Assembly (NCBI GenBank): GCA_964016885.1
Contig: OZ024751.1
Location: forward strand, 9,176,001 to 9,240,000
Source: Eledone cirrhosa
Lineage: Eukaryota
Direction: 5' to 3'
DNA length: 64,000 nt
Made by a program: the position numbers and the translations under genes. Of this stretch, positions 1-12,639 are shown piece after piece (position 1 is the stretch's first letter; each line of letters starts with the position of its first letter). The notes under the pieces were generated by a model. That model saw only the letters and a list, made by a program, of their open reading frames with translations, made no database searches and had not been told where the DNA came from.

Positions 1-647
1 TATATATATATATATATATATGTGTATGTTGAGTAAAATATACCTTTAAACCTAATTCGTATAGGAAATTCCTAGCAAATCTATAATTCAAGTATCGATA
101 CTTGATTCTACTTGTTGACAGAGATGTGAATTTAATTTCAACTTATTCCATGTAATCATAAATCTTAATGATACATCATATTTCACTGAAAATGTTTTAG
201 GGATTCTTTTCGAAAGGTCATTCAGTCGTTGGTAACGTGTCTGTTTTGTGCTATAATGTTTATTTTTAATAATATTCCAATTAGATTATTGTCCGATACA
301 AGTAAGCAGGAAATGCTACAACATTACTGGTCCATCTAGATATATTCAAACTGATGACACCGTGCCAAATAAAATGAATATTTTAGTAAAGAAATCTTAT
401 ATCAGCCTTGCATTATTTATGTGTGTCAGGAAATAACGAGTCACCATTGTGGAAAAACTGCTGGAGGTTACCGAAATATTTTATTCTTTAATGCATTCTT
501 TTCACATTTCTTACAGAGGCTACGATATCTATGTCGTTCAATTGTCAAATATCGATCTACTAACATCGGCACAACAGTACACATATTAACCTGTGGATAT
601 AGTCAATTTAGTTGACCGCAGGATATGACTGGTTTTATGTTATAGTT

Positions 648-661
648 CTCTCTCTCCTTCT

Positions 662-731
<70 letters not shown>

Positions 732-803
732 TCTCTCCTTCTCTCGCCCCTCTCTCTCTTTATCTCGCCCCCTCTCTCTCTCCCCCTCTCTCCCTCTCTC
801 TCT
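648..803. repeat. (CT)n microsatellite
   Basis: Direct inspection; explains ORFs 603..845 and 612..857. Confidence 0.95.
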
Positions 804-1375
804 CACACAAAAATACGAACATTTATGGAAGAGAAATTCGATCACATGTTTAGCTGATACGTCGATCTGTCCAGTAGGTTATATACTAATCAGTAACTAA
901 TATTTCCAAATTAAAAACGACTTCACAATTGCAAATACGTATCCTAGAGTGCAGTTTTCAGCCTATCAAGTCGTTGTTGTTATTTTAGTTTAACATCATG
1001 TCACACTTGTCATCACATTCCGCCTGAAGTGGCGATCCCCCACTTACTTTGGAGTGGATGAGAGAAGTCTTCTCTTCTGAAAATGGGTATAGCTTTCATT
1101 ATGTAAAATCTCCCCATTGTGCTTGGTACACCACGTTTGGGTTTTTAGAGGTTGGCAAGTCTGTCATTTTTGCATTCCAGGAGTGATCATTAGCTACCAT
1201 CCCCATTCACGTCTTGGTACATATTAAACACTACGTTGTTAAGAATTTTACAACTACATCTATCAAATATATATATCAGCTTTCAAATTCCGAAATCTGC
1301 TCTGTCAAAAAATTTTGAAATATTTTAACCTCTAAATGTAATCTGTAAAATATTATAAATCACATAAATAAAAAT

Positions 1376-1770
1376 AATTGTTTCTACTTTAGGCACAAGG
1401 CCAGTAATTACCCTGTACATTACTGGTACTTTATTTTGTCGAATCCGTAAGGATGAAAGGCAAAGTTAACCTCAGCGGGATTTGAACTCAGACTGTAAAG
1501 GGACGTAACTATGCTAGAGAGCATGGCGTCCAACCCTCTACCGATACTGCCAATTCACCATTAATTCACATAATTAAAAATGATTGTTTCTACTTTAGGC
1601 ACAAGGCCAGCAATTAGCCAGTGCATTACTGGTACTTTATTTTATCGACCCCTTAAGGATGAAAGGCAAAGTCAACCTCGGCGGGATTTGAACTCAGATC
1701 GTAAAGGGACGTAACTATGCTGGAAAGCATGGCGTCCGACCCTCTACCGATACTGCCAATCCACCGCCTA
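1376..1770 (-). mobile_element. Two adjacent copies of a tRNA-derived SINE (octopus-type), ~1376-1562 and ~1583-1770
   Basis: Minus strand has head GGCGGTGGATTGGCAG and B-box GAGTTCAAATCCCGCC; same ~190-bp family recurs at 2505, 8270, 8505, 9195, 44575, 49405. Confidence 0.85.
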
Positions 1771-2114
1771 AATTAAAAATAATGATTACTTTTCACACCT
1801 TAAAATTCAGTCTTTTAGGTCTGTAAATCTCTTTGACACGGTAGTTTCCACACAAAAAACGCCTAACTCTGGTTACTTCTAGAATACAATTTTACAATAA
1901 TCTGCTTGACCAAGAATATTATGGTCACAGTCAACATCAACTTCAGCTAACAATATATAAATGTGGGTACTGAAAATCGTTTACAATCGGGAATAAAAAT
2001 TATGAATACGGAATTATAGGGCCGCTTACTACAAAGTAAAACCATTTTTTGATCTGTTGTTGGTATAGATTTATTCGGTCCAAACCCATTTGTATCATAT
2101 TGAATCATGTTTGT

Positions 2115-2335
2115 GGAACCGTGTGGGCTAGAGGTTAGGGTATTGAACTTACCATCACAATCTCGTAGATTCGATTCCTGGGCTGGGTTGCGTGTTGTGT
2201 CCTTGAGCAACAAATGCCGGAGATTAAACCCTGCGATGTACTGGCGTCCTATCCAGAGTAATCTTGTACTCTCATTCGCTTCACTCCAGGGATAAGCACT
2301 GGCCTAACGAGTCTTCTTGCTTGAGACATACATTA
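2115..2335 (+). mobile_element. Degenerate tRNA-derived SINE (second family)
   Basis: A-box-like TGGGCTAGAGG, B-box-like GATTCGATTCC, followed by GTGTCCTTGAGCAA. Confidence 0.55.
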
Positions 2336-2504
2336 GAAGCTTGTTGAACTGTTACCATTGTGTTAAGCGCGAATGGTAAAAACTAACCAAGTCGGAATTT
2401 CTTAATATAAAATACCAGTCAAGTGCTGGAATCGATTTTAATAATCGATCTCCTTACAATACACCCTGGCTTTGTACCTATATGAGAAACACATATTATT
2501 ATTG

Positions 2505-2685
2505 TTGTTAGTGAGTTCAAATCCTGCCGATGTTAGTCGTGCCTTTCATTCTTGCGGTGTTGATTAAATAAAGTCCCAGGCTTGATAAAATAAAGTACCC
2601 GAAACAGACTGGGATCGATTTAATCGACTTTTACCTCCCCTAAAATTGTTGGACTTGTGCCTAAATCAGAAGCAATTATTATTAA
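2505..2685 (+). mobile_element. SINE fragment, same family as 1376-1770
   Basis: GAGTTCAAATCCTGCCGA...GCCTTTCATTC...ATAAAATAAAGTACC...TTGTGCCTAAA. Confidence 0.7.
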
Positions 2686-2687
2686 TG

Positions 2688-2860
2688 TTAGTAGTAGTAG
2701 TGGTATGTAGGGGTCGTGGGAGTGGCGGCATTGATGGTTGTGGCGGTGGCGTTGGTGGTTGTGGCGGTGGCGTTCGTGGTTGTGGCGGTGATGGTGGTGG
2801 TGGCGGCGGCGTTGGTGATAGTGGCGGCGGCGTTGGTAGTGGTATTAGTAGTAATTGTAG
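2688..2860. repeat. (GGT)n-like trinucleotide low-complexity tract
   Basis: Direct inspection; explains Gly/Val/Thr-rich ORFs. Confidence 0.9.
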
Positions 2861-3206
2861 TTACCGTCATTGTTCTATTCATGTCCAGCATTCACGTGTT
2901 TATTGATATTCCGAATTGATATTGGTGTAAGGTAAACGTTAGTACTCTCGATCGTATCTCATACTCGACCATTCCTTTGTGCTTTATCTGTCTGCTTGAT
3001 CTTAATAGATTATAGAATGATAAATGACTTGCTTTGATAAAAGTAGTTTTCAGTCGTTTATTAAATTGTTGTTCAGCATTTAGAAACGAAAGCTTAATAT
3101 ATATATAGTATAAACCGTGCTCAATTGCTATCATCCTTCGTCGAAAGCATTTCCTACCATATTATAAGTAGTTAGCTTAACTGTTACGCCTCTGTCTCTC
3201 TGTATT

Positions 3207-3276
<70 letters not shown>

Positions 3277-3278
<2 letters not shown>

Positions 3279-3405
3279 AAAATGTTTGACCCGGACGGCA
3301 GAGCGCAAGCCGTTTCGGCGGTTATTTCTGGACTGTATTTAGTATTGAGTATTGAGTACTCTGGTGCGTTATGGTCTATCTGGTTCCGTACCACTGTTTC
3401 GTCGT

Positions 3406-3410
<5 letters not shown>
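3277..3410. mobile_element. Short insert between (AT)n tracts carrying the 3' half of an HHR (family also at 26108, 36245, 48244, 49905)
   Basis: Minus strand GAAA-CGGCTTGCGCTCTGCCG-TC-CGGGTC; sequence shared with the other copies. Confidence 0.6.
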
Positions 3411-3438
<28 letters not shown>

Positions 3439-3496
3439 GTTTATATATCTGTGTGTATGTGTATATATTTATATATGTGTGTATGTGTGTACATGT

Positions 3497-3546
<50 letters not shown>

Positions 3547-3670
3547 ATATATATATAATATATATATATATGTATGTGTGTATATATACACATATATATA
3601 TATATATATATATGTGTGTATATATGTGTGTATATATGTGTATGTATATAATTGTATATGTATATATATG

Positions 3671-3766
<96 letters not shown>

Positions 3767-4712
3767 TGTGTGGGTGTGTGTGTTTGTACGCCTGTGTGTA
3801 TGCGAAGTTATGCACACATACACATTTCTCATTACTATTCCGATTTGTATGATCTGTAGTTGTTAAATCGAATGTGAGAATCTCTAGGCGGTCGCTCTAT
3901 CTGCTACAAATTAGCTGCAAAACCCCCTTCAAATAGCATTTGAACAACTACAGATCACAGATAAAATACAATGCTTCTAGACACATTGCGTACGAAATAA
4001 AGCGAACATGGCACGTTTGGAGTGCAATGTTTTCAATATTATGTTCAAACAGAAATACCATAGCTACAGTGAATAAACTGAACTCCAGCTTAAATAACCT
4101 ACCATATACAAATATGCGTACTTAAAGCTGTTTAAATGTGGCGGTGAGTGTTTTGGAAATGAGGTTGAAACTTGTACAGAACGGTGGGGGTTATTACATA
4201 CCTACCACAATGTAATCAAACTAAATGATGAGGCACATGCGCTGGTTTATTTAACTTCATCTTCTGGTCGGTAGGTACCTTTAGCTGGGGACCACTAGGG
4301 TTGATGTATACGGACCAGTTATCTCCTGTTTCCACTCCCTGTTGTGTTGACTGCATATATTAATGCCCCCATATTCCCAAAGAGGAATCAACTATATTAA
4401 TCGAACCAGTCTGAGACTAGAAATGTCCATGGCATCGCAGATTTTACTTTGAATTACTTGAAAGAAAAACACGCTTGGGATTTGAAAGTTTGTTCATGCA
4501 CATACACATATACATATACTTACACACATTCACGCACATCTATATTCATAGATTTTATACATTATACACATATACTTATACACATTTGTTTTCACGCACG
4601 CATCTATATTGATAGATTTTATACATTATATACATACATAAACACACACACACATGTGCATATGTGCGTATATCTGTGTGTAAATGTGTGTGTGTATATT
4701 TGTGTGTATATC

Positions 4713-4744
<32 letters not shown>

Positions 4745-6109
4745 AATGTATATATGTGTGTATATATGCGTGTATATGTTTATATGTGTACATGTGTGTG
4801 TGCATATACTGTGTATAAATATGTATATATCTATATATGTATATACATTTTGGTGATGACGTGTGTATATATCTGTGGAGGGTTTAGAAAACAGAATTAT
4901 GTGTGAAAGTAATATAGTATTCTTTTGAGCTTGTTACCTTCAGTAGTTGATGTGTTTGATGAAGAAATTCAAACGGGAAAATCAATTTTATATGTGTGTA
5001 TGTTAGTGTTAGTGTCAACATAGAAAATGCTTCAAAGGATTATTTTACCACATACACTTAAATTTCCTAAAAGACATATTTTAAGCAAATCTTAGTATCA
5101 AGTAAACGAGGGGAAATGAATTCTCTTTCAACTGTTTCTTCTTGGTTTTTTAACAAAACATGGTTTCCGTTTGCAAGGCGAGTTTGGTAGGTGCGGTCAT
5201 TCCGTTACTGACCTTCCGAGACCTCGTGTGATTAAATCACGAACATCAATAAGTCTCTCATGCAGAACAAGACAAAATGTGAATATTACGATCCTGATTC
5301 TGAATCCATCTTAAGGAAACTAGAAACCTGTGAATAACTGCTACACTCATTTAATGTAAAATATGGTTAACGTAGAAAAAAATGATATTTAGAGGTGAAT
5401 CATATCTCAGGCGTTTACTGGTGTGAGATATAAAGTGATGTATGTATGATGATGGATAGCAGTGTGTGCAGTGGAATGATCATAATGGAACTTCCTAAGA
5501 TACCATATATAACCAGATTTACAGGATATCATCTATTGCAATTTGTTTTAAGAGTATACACCTGCTCTGAAAAGTGTATATATACTAGAAATAAGGACTA
5601 GCCACAGTTTGTAACGATATTACATTGAGCTAGTATTTCAGGAGAATATTACTACAACAATCAAATATTGCAACATTTATCATATTCCATATCACTCTTA
5701 ACCGACAACTTTAAGGGCATAATAATCCTTCATATAATATTTAAGTTTCAGAATATAGATCTTTCCTGTCATATATTATACTGGTTTGTACTAACTCGGC
5801 AGATGTGTAAACATACTTTAGATTTTATGTATAATCTATTAGACTCGCTTCAGCATTGTTTGCAATAATTATTTAAAGAAATTGTTGCAATCTGTGATGT
5901 GTATATAATGCTACTATTGTTTCACCTTAGCCGATCCTCAGCTCGTAATGGACATGGTTATATGGAACAGGAAGGACAACCGTATGAACGCGCATGTGCA
6001 GAAACGCTCACTTCACCCAGGCAATACAAAACTGCGTGCGAGAGGTGTAAAGGAGTTAACGGCGAAAGTCCGAAAGGTTCTAATAGATAAGAAAATAAGG
6101 ATGTTGTTG

Positions 6110-7370
6110 TTATTCAATCCGGAGCTTTGTAGTTATGTAAGAGGTGTTTCCATGTGGACAACGTGTGAAGAATTCATTTCTTGGGTTTAGGTAATCGATA
6201 ATGCGTAATCTCTTTAGAATATTTATCCGTTCATCAATACATAGTCCACAAGACGGATTGCCCCTTGCGTATGGCTTGGACTTAGTGATAGCTTTCCATT
6301 GAATGGAGTAGTCTATACGTGAGTCCTTCAGGGACAATACCTGGCTCGCGAGTTTCGTGGATGATCGCTTTTCCTGGTACCTAAAGGTCGACTGATGGTT
6401 CAGGAAGCGTTTCTTAAATCGGCCCTCCGCCATACCCACATGGGATTTGACCTCCTGTGGTTGATTTGGTCGGTTGAAAGTGACGACAGCTTCATAAACT
6501 ACAGCGAGTATGTTGCATTTCTTTTGAAGGGGACACACTTCAGGCTTTCGACAAGAGCACCCTGGTGGGGTGCTGCTCTTAGGGCTGTTGATGATGTAGG
6601 CTTTAATATTCTTAGCGCGGGAGTACCATAGTTTTTCTTTGTGTCTGTTAAAGATGGAGCGATATGGGAAAGTGTCTATCTAAGAGGGATAAGAATTATT
6701 TTCTACATTAATTTTAACGTTGAGTGAGAAGGGAGGAGAGAACCAGATAATTTGTCTATTGTTACGCTTTCTTTTCTTATTGCGGTTGTTGTTAGTGGAA
6801 CAGTGCGAGAAGTTGCTGTTAAGTAACGCTGTGTTATAGTTGGGTGCCGCACTGTTAAAGATAGCCTTATTAGAGGAGAGGTTAGAGATTCTAGTACTGA
6901 TATTATTTACGAAGTATCTAAAAACAGTGGGAGGGTGGCATGAGTCCTGGTGAATGTAATTGAGTTTTTCGTTAAACATATGGAAGGATCTGTAGGTGTG
7001 TGTGCGAAGGTCTAAATTAATGTCTAAGAAATCTACGCTAGAGAGGTTGGTAGCTACTCTTATCCTAAGTCCTAACTCATTGAAGATAGAAGTTAAGTCT
7101 TTTTTAAACCGGTCGAGGTCGTGACCACTTTTATGGCTCGATAAGTTCAGGCCATCTTCGCAGTATATTCCCGTGTGGAAGTCCGGGAATCTAACACGTA
7201 ATATGTCTAAAATAAATAGGCCAACCAAGTCCCATACGTCAGCACTGTCAGACGATGCGATGGAGACCTCGAATAGTTTTGAAGTGGTTGACTTCTCTAC
7301 CCAGGCTACTCCGTTGTTGAAGAAGAGGGTTTTCCGGCAGTGAGCGATGATTTCCCTGTCTAAAACATGG
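6110..7370 (-). mobile_element. Decayed Penelope-like element (Naiad-like): 3' RT, thumb/linker and GIY-YIG endonuclease
   Basis: ORF 6680..7453 has SSDSADVWDLVGL, GIYCEDGL, DFLDINLDL, YIHQDSCHPP, IIWFSPPFS; ORF 6110..6538 has VVYEAVV..HVGMAEGRFKKRFLNH and CGLC..LNPRNE..CPH; reading frame broken. Confidence 0.85.
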
Positions 7371-7393
7371 ACATATATATATAAATAAATATA

Positions 7394-7439
<46 letters not shown>

Positions 7440-7441
<2 letters not shown>

Positions 7442-7775
7442 CACCGAATTCACTGACTAGATTCCTTCTTCCTCCCGTTAGACCTGTACGGAATTCCTTC
7501 CTTGCTCACATTCCAACCAGGTTTGATGGTCTTTATTCTCTCTCGTCCACGATTTCACCGAACATATATTCATGGAAATTTGGGACTTGACTCGTTCTTC
7601 CTCACTTTTCGCTGCTTCACCCACTTTGTTTGTTTACACTCTCGCTGTCCCCTTTATTTACGTGTCCCAACGACTTTTTTTAGCCGTTGCTCGCACCAAC
7701 CGGAGGTATATGGTCTTTAAAGCGAAGAAATACCTCTGATGGTTGGAAGATCACTGATGAGGACCACTTTATTCA
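7440..7775 (+). repeat. Partial copy of ~600-bp repeat family (also 20349-21575, related 45690-46400)
   Basis: Near-identity to 20555-20880. Confidence 0.85.
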
Positions 7776-8269
7776 TATATATATTATACATATATATATA
7801 TTATACATAGATGTATGCACATGTGTATAAGGCATCTTCACAATCAAAAGTTACACTCCACTGCATATATACTATATACCAAAATTAGATCTTCTAAGCG
7901 AGTGTTTCTTTCCCGAGAAAGACAACATAATTCCTATACCAATACGTGACAAAGTATATCCCACACTGGTTTGCTACATTGCAAATATTATTGGTCTTGC
8001 CAATGATTGGTGAAACTTCCTCGACTGACAAACTACAGTCATTAAACGACACCCTCTTTCTATTATTTTCTTTTGTTTTCTGCCTGTCTTTGACACTATC
8101 CACCATCCCCCCTCTCTCTCTGTCTTTTCTCTCTTTGTCTGTCTCTCTCTGTTTCTGTCGTTGTCTCTCTTACTCACTCACTCTCTCTCACTCTCTCTAA
8201 CAATTTCTCTATATACTACACTCACGTGATAACGAGGGATGCTCTATGTAGTCAATCGATCTTTAAATA

Positions 8270-8720
8270 ATTCTTTGTACATTTTGCATAAGGCAAGCAA
8301 TATGAAGGGGAGACGAAAGTCGATTAATTCTACCCCAGTGCCTTACTGGTACTTTATTTTATCGAACCCATAAGGATGGAAGACAAAATTAAACCTGGCG
8401 GGATTTGAACTCAGAATATAAATAGCCGTGACTATATACCGCACAGCATGTTGATCAACGCTCTTTCGATACTATCAAACCATCTTCGCAGCTAACCTTT
8501 ACATAATGGTTTCTGACTTACGTACAAGGTCAGCAATTTTTGAGGAGGGGAAATTCAATTAAATCGACCCCAATACATTAACTCTAGTTTATTTTAATGA
8601 TCCCGTAAGAATGAAAGCCAAAGGTAACCTCGGCAGGATTTGAACTCAGAACGTAAAGGGTCGTAACTATATGCGGCGAATTATGTTGACCAATGCTCTA
8701 TTGATACTGTCAACCCAATC
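8270..8720 (-). mobile_element. Two diverged copies of the octopus-type SINE
   Basis: Two GGATTTGAACTCAGAA B-box regions with the family body. Confidence 0.75.
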
Positions 8721-9194
8721 TCCTAACCGACCATTAGAGTATAGCAGCTAAATTGCTTTAAAACAAATAGTTGCGATTATAAAACCAGAATAATGTATTT
8801 ATGGTTATGTTGGATAACAATGAGGTTATGTCAACATAACCAAGGAGGAACTATAGCTACACAGTATTAACAGACACCGTTACAGCAAATGTTAGCGCAA
8901 CGATCAAATAGATCACTGCTCCAACGCCTATCGTCAGTATTTAATGACTGTAACCCACTGATTATTAGTAACCTTCCATCTCATATTCTCTGGATCAAAA
9001 TACTACAGTTGAAACTGAAGATCAATCTATGGAAAATCACACATTTGAGTATTTTGAAATACATTAGTGTCAAATTCGAAAAAAAAGTATGAAAGTCTTG
9101 TTCAATATAACATTGAATACAATATTCTTCGCGTGAATTGAACAATAGCTCGTGATTACGAGTGATCAATAAAAACGCTATGACCTAACCAAAT

Positions 9195-9392
9195 AATGAT
9201 TTTTGATTTAGGCACAAGGCCACCAATTTGAGGGACGGGGAAAGTAGATTAAGTCGACCCCAGTGCATTATTGGTGCTTCATTTTATCTAACCGTAAGGA
9301 TGAAAGGCAAAGCTAACCTCTCCGAACGTAAAGGGTATTAACGCAATGCTGCAAAGCATTGTGTCCGACTCTCTACTGATTCTGCCACACCA
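9195..9392 (-). mobile_element. Octopus-type SINE, internally deleted
   Basis: TTTAGGCACAAGGCC...CGTAAGGATGAAAGGCAAAG. Confidence 0.75.
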
Positions 9393-9801
9393 AATAATAA
9401 TATTAACTCTCACAATAAACTCACCAATATTACTACTATATAAACCATTAGAATCTTAACTAAATTACACAGCCAACTAGGACGATATAAAGGTGTATCA
9501 CATGAATAACTGCCATGCATGATAATATGAACAAGGGCCTATTTTCTTTTTGTATGTACTTACGTGAATTCTTCATGTCCGCCATAGAATTGTCTCGAAG
9601 AGATTTCGATCCCTGTTCTAATTTTTTGGAAAATTCACCGAGAAATGGCTACCATTCTTCAATAAAACAGACACATCTTCCGCCTGTTATATGTATACAC
9701 ACACATGCTCACAGATGCAGTACATATGTGTAAATATATGTATATATAGATATAGATATATATAAATATATATAAATATATGAATATATAGATATATATG
9801 A

Positions 9802-9925
<124 letters not shown>

Positions 9926-9978
9926 GTGTGTATATATATGTGTGTATATATATATATGTATGTGTATATATGTATGTG

Positions 9979-10014
<36 letters not shown>

Positions 10015-10079
10015 TATGTATGTATATGAAATATGAAATATGAAATATAAGAATCAAAGAACTGTTCAAAACATTATTG

Positions 10080-10126
10080 TGCTTACAGCTGTTTCCTCCA
10101 AACCGAGGTTTGGATTCTTCGGAGCA
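10080..10126 (-). ncRNA. Type I hammerhead ribozyme (CCGAAGA core variant)
   Basis: Reverse complement of 12037-12083. Confidence 0.7.
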
Positions 10127-12036
10127 ATTTATTAATGCATGGACAGTTATATGACCTCCTTTTCAGCCGAGAGACATACCAATACATATTCAAACATTGA
10201 TACATATTCAAACATTGTGGGTCAACATTCATTACAGAATTTAGAGTGGCAGTACACACTTCGAGATTACATTTATATTAATAGGTACAATCAAAAATCA
10301 AAGATATAGGTTAAAGTACAACATGAAGATAAGTGGTTATATAGTGCAAATATTATATGTGTGGCACGCATGTGCGTCTTGTTTATATAGTGTGGTAGAG
10401 GCACTTAGGTAGGTAAATAAGAGTGTTAGGTTGGTAGATCTGGTGGCAAAGTAAATTCTGTAACCTCTGTATACTAGAGACACACAATATTATCTTCTCC
10501 AACCGTAACCTACTTAACAAAAAATCTGAGGTGTTTGCAACTTGCCAGCACCGCCTCAGACATTCCTTCCAAAACTTTAAGCCCTATATATAGCAATGTC
10601 GGACTGGAACCTAACACCACATCTAGCATCAAACACCAGAGACACACCCTATACTACATACCCAACACTAGCTGATCCATTATAACACAAACAACGACAT
10701 CCCTCTGGAACCCTTCGCAGGGAAAATACCCATTTATACCTCTACGGCAGGTGTGACAACATCCACCCACTTGGACGGCACTACACCGCTCTAAGGGTAA
10801 TTTGAGCATGAATTGATCGGTTAGATGGTGTTGGGCAGAGGAAACACCTTCCTTAGACAGATGTAAAATGATTTAATCGAGTAGCGCTGTTGACCAGTAG
10901 GACCGGGCTGCTGAGCGCAGTGAGTGAATGCAATGCAACTGCCGTGCGGGTTGTACGTATATGGATGATCTGACGGTCAGAGAGGGGTCGCGAGGACTGC
11001 GGATTGACCTTTGGCCTGCCTGGGGACGATTATCTTTCGACATCCAATGTAGCAAGCGATGACCCAGATCTTACCAGAGATCATTGGGTCCTGAAGCAAT
11101 CCTGCACTCACCGCGCCTGGTCATATGAGCAGACTACAACCACAGAGATCATTAATTTAGAATCCTCGCTCATCATCTATAATTTCCATTTGTAGCACCT
11201 TAAGATGGGTTAATCCACCTTAATAATAATATGATCACCTTCAGCATAATTTAGTTAAACTACTCTATAGTTAGTACACTTTATGCTTTAAAAGTCTCTC
11301 TTGGAAGGTGCACCTCACCATAGAATTTAGGGTCTATATTGGGACACATTTTAATGGCTAGATATAGAAACCCCAGAGTTACCTCCCCGCATGCATTAAC
11401 TCCCCTTAGCCACACACACACTTCCGGTATTCAATGGCGTTTCTCGAAACGTAACAACCTCCTGTATCGAACTAAAGAACACCAGACTACGATCTCTAAC
11501 TGGATTGTCGTGGATTATGTGAAAGGCATATAATCGAAATATACACTCCCTTGACCATGAAAATGCCGAAGTACATGAATTACCTGACATCCCTGCGCTG
11601 TGCATCTCCAATACTTATAACACTTTTAATGCTTGCACTACCTTTAATGCTTATAATATTTCTCCACACACAGACTATATCAATCATATAAAGACTTTGC
11701 CACCAGATCTACCAACCTAACACTCTTATTTACCTACCTAAGTGCCTCTACCACACATATCTCTCTGCCACACTATATAAACAAGACGCACATGCGTGCC
11801 ACACATATAACATTTGCACTATATAACCACTTATCTTCATGTTGTACTTTAACCTATATCTTTGATTTTTGATTGTACCTATTAATATAAATGTAATCTC
11901 GAAGTGTGTACTGCCACTCTAAATTCTGTAATGAATGTTGACCCACAATGTTTGAATATGTATCAATGTTTGAATATGTATTGGTATGTCTCTCGGCTGA
12001 AAAGGAGGTCATATAACTGTCCATGCATTAATAAAT

Positions 12037-12083
12037 TGCTCCGAAGAATCCAAACCTCGGTTTGGAGGAAACAGCTGTAAGCA
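12037..12083 (+). ncRNA. Type I hammerhead ribozyme (CCGAAGA core variant)
   Basis: TGCT-CCGAAGA-a-TCCAAACC-tc-GGTTTGGA-g-GAAA-CAGCTG-TA-AGCA; palindromic stem III. Confidence 0.7.
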
Positions 12084-12294
12084 CAATAATGTTTTGAACA
12101 GTTCTTTGATTCTTATATTTCATATAACTGCTCTGTAAATCATCTGATGTTTTTACATTGAGCTACTTAACTTACTGGTAATAAGGTAGTAATACATTAC
12201 TGCCTACCACTATTTAGGGTGTGTGTAAAATACTTACAACTGCTTAAGATTTTGTGTTTACATAACCATAAATAGTATAACTAATACTAAATAC

Positions 12295-12337
<43 letters not shown>

Positions 12338-12471
12338 GTATGTATATATATATATATATATATATACTCATATATATAAACTCATATATACGCATATATA
12401 TATATATATATTCATTCAGATACACATTATATATATACATACACGTATAACCGTAAAAATACACGTACACA

Positions 12472-12529
<58 letters not shown>

Positions 12530-12556
12530 TGTGTATATATATATGTGTAATGTATG

Positions 12557-12599
<43 letters not shown>

Positions 12600-12606
12600 A
12601 TGTAGG

Positions 12607-12638
<32 letters not shown>

Positions 12639-12639
12639 T

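Larger units (their letters stand above)
10040..12160 (+). mobile_element. 5'-truncated PLE: inverted pLTR (10040-10452), ORF C-terminus (10459-10593), 3' UTR/pLTR (11694-12160)
   Basis: ~410-bp near-perfect inverted repeat; 10459-10593 translates CNLCILE..LLNKKSEVFATCQH*, the PLE C-terminal motif also seen in ORF 6110..6538. Confidence 0.8.

Noticed and set aside
1040-1350. Possible minus-strand host exon (TTTTACAG acceptor, GTAAGT donor)
   Set aside because: No sustained reading frame or recognisable protein; cannot be supported
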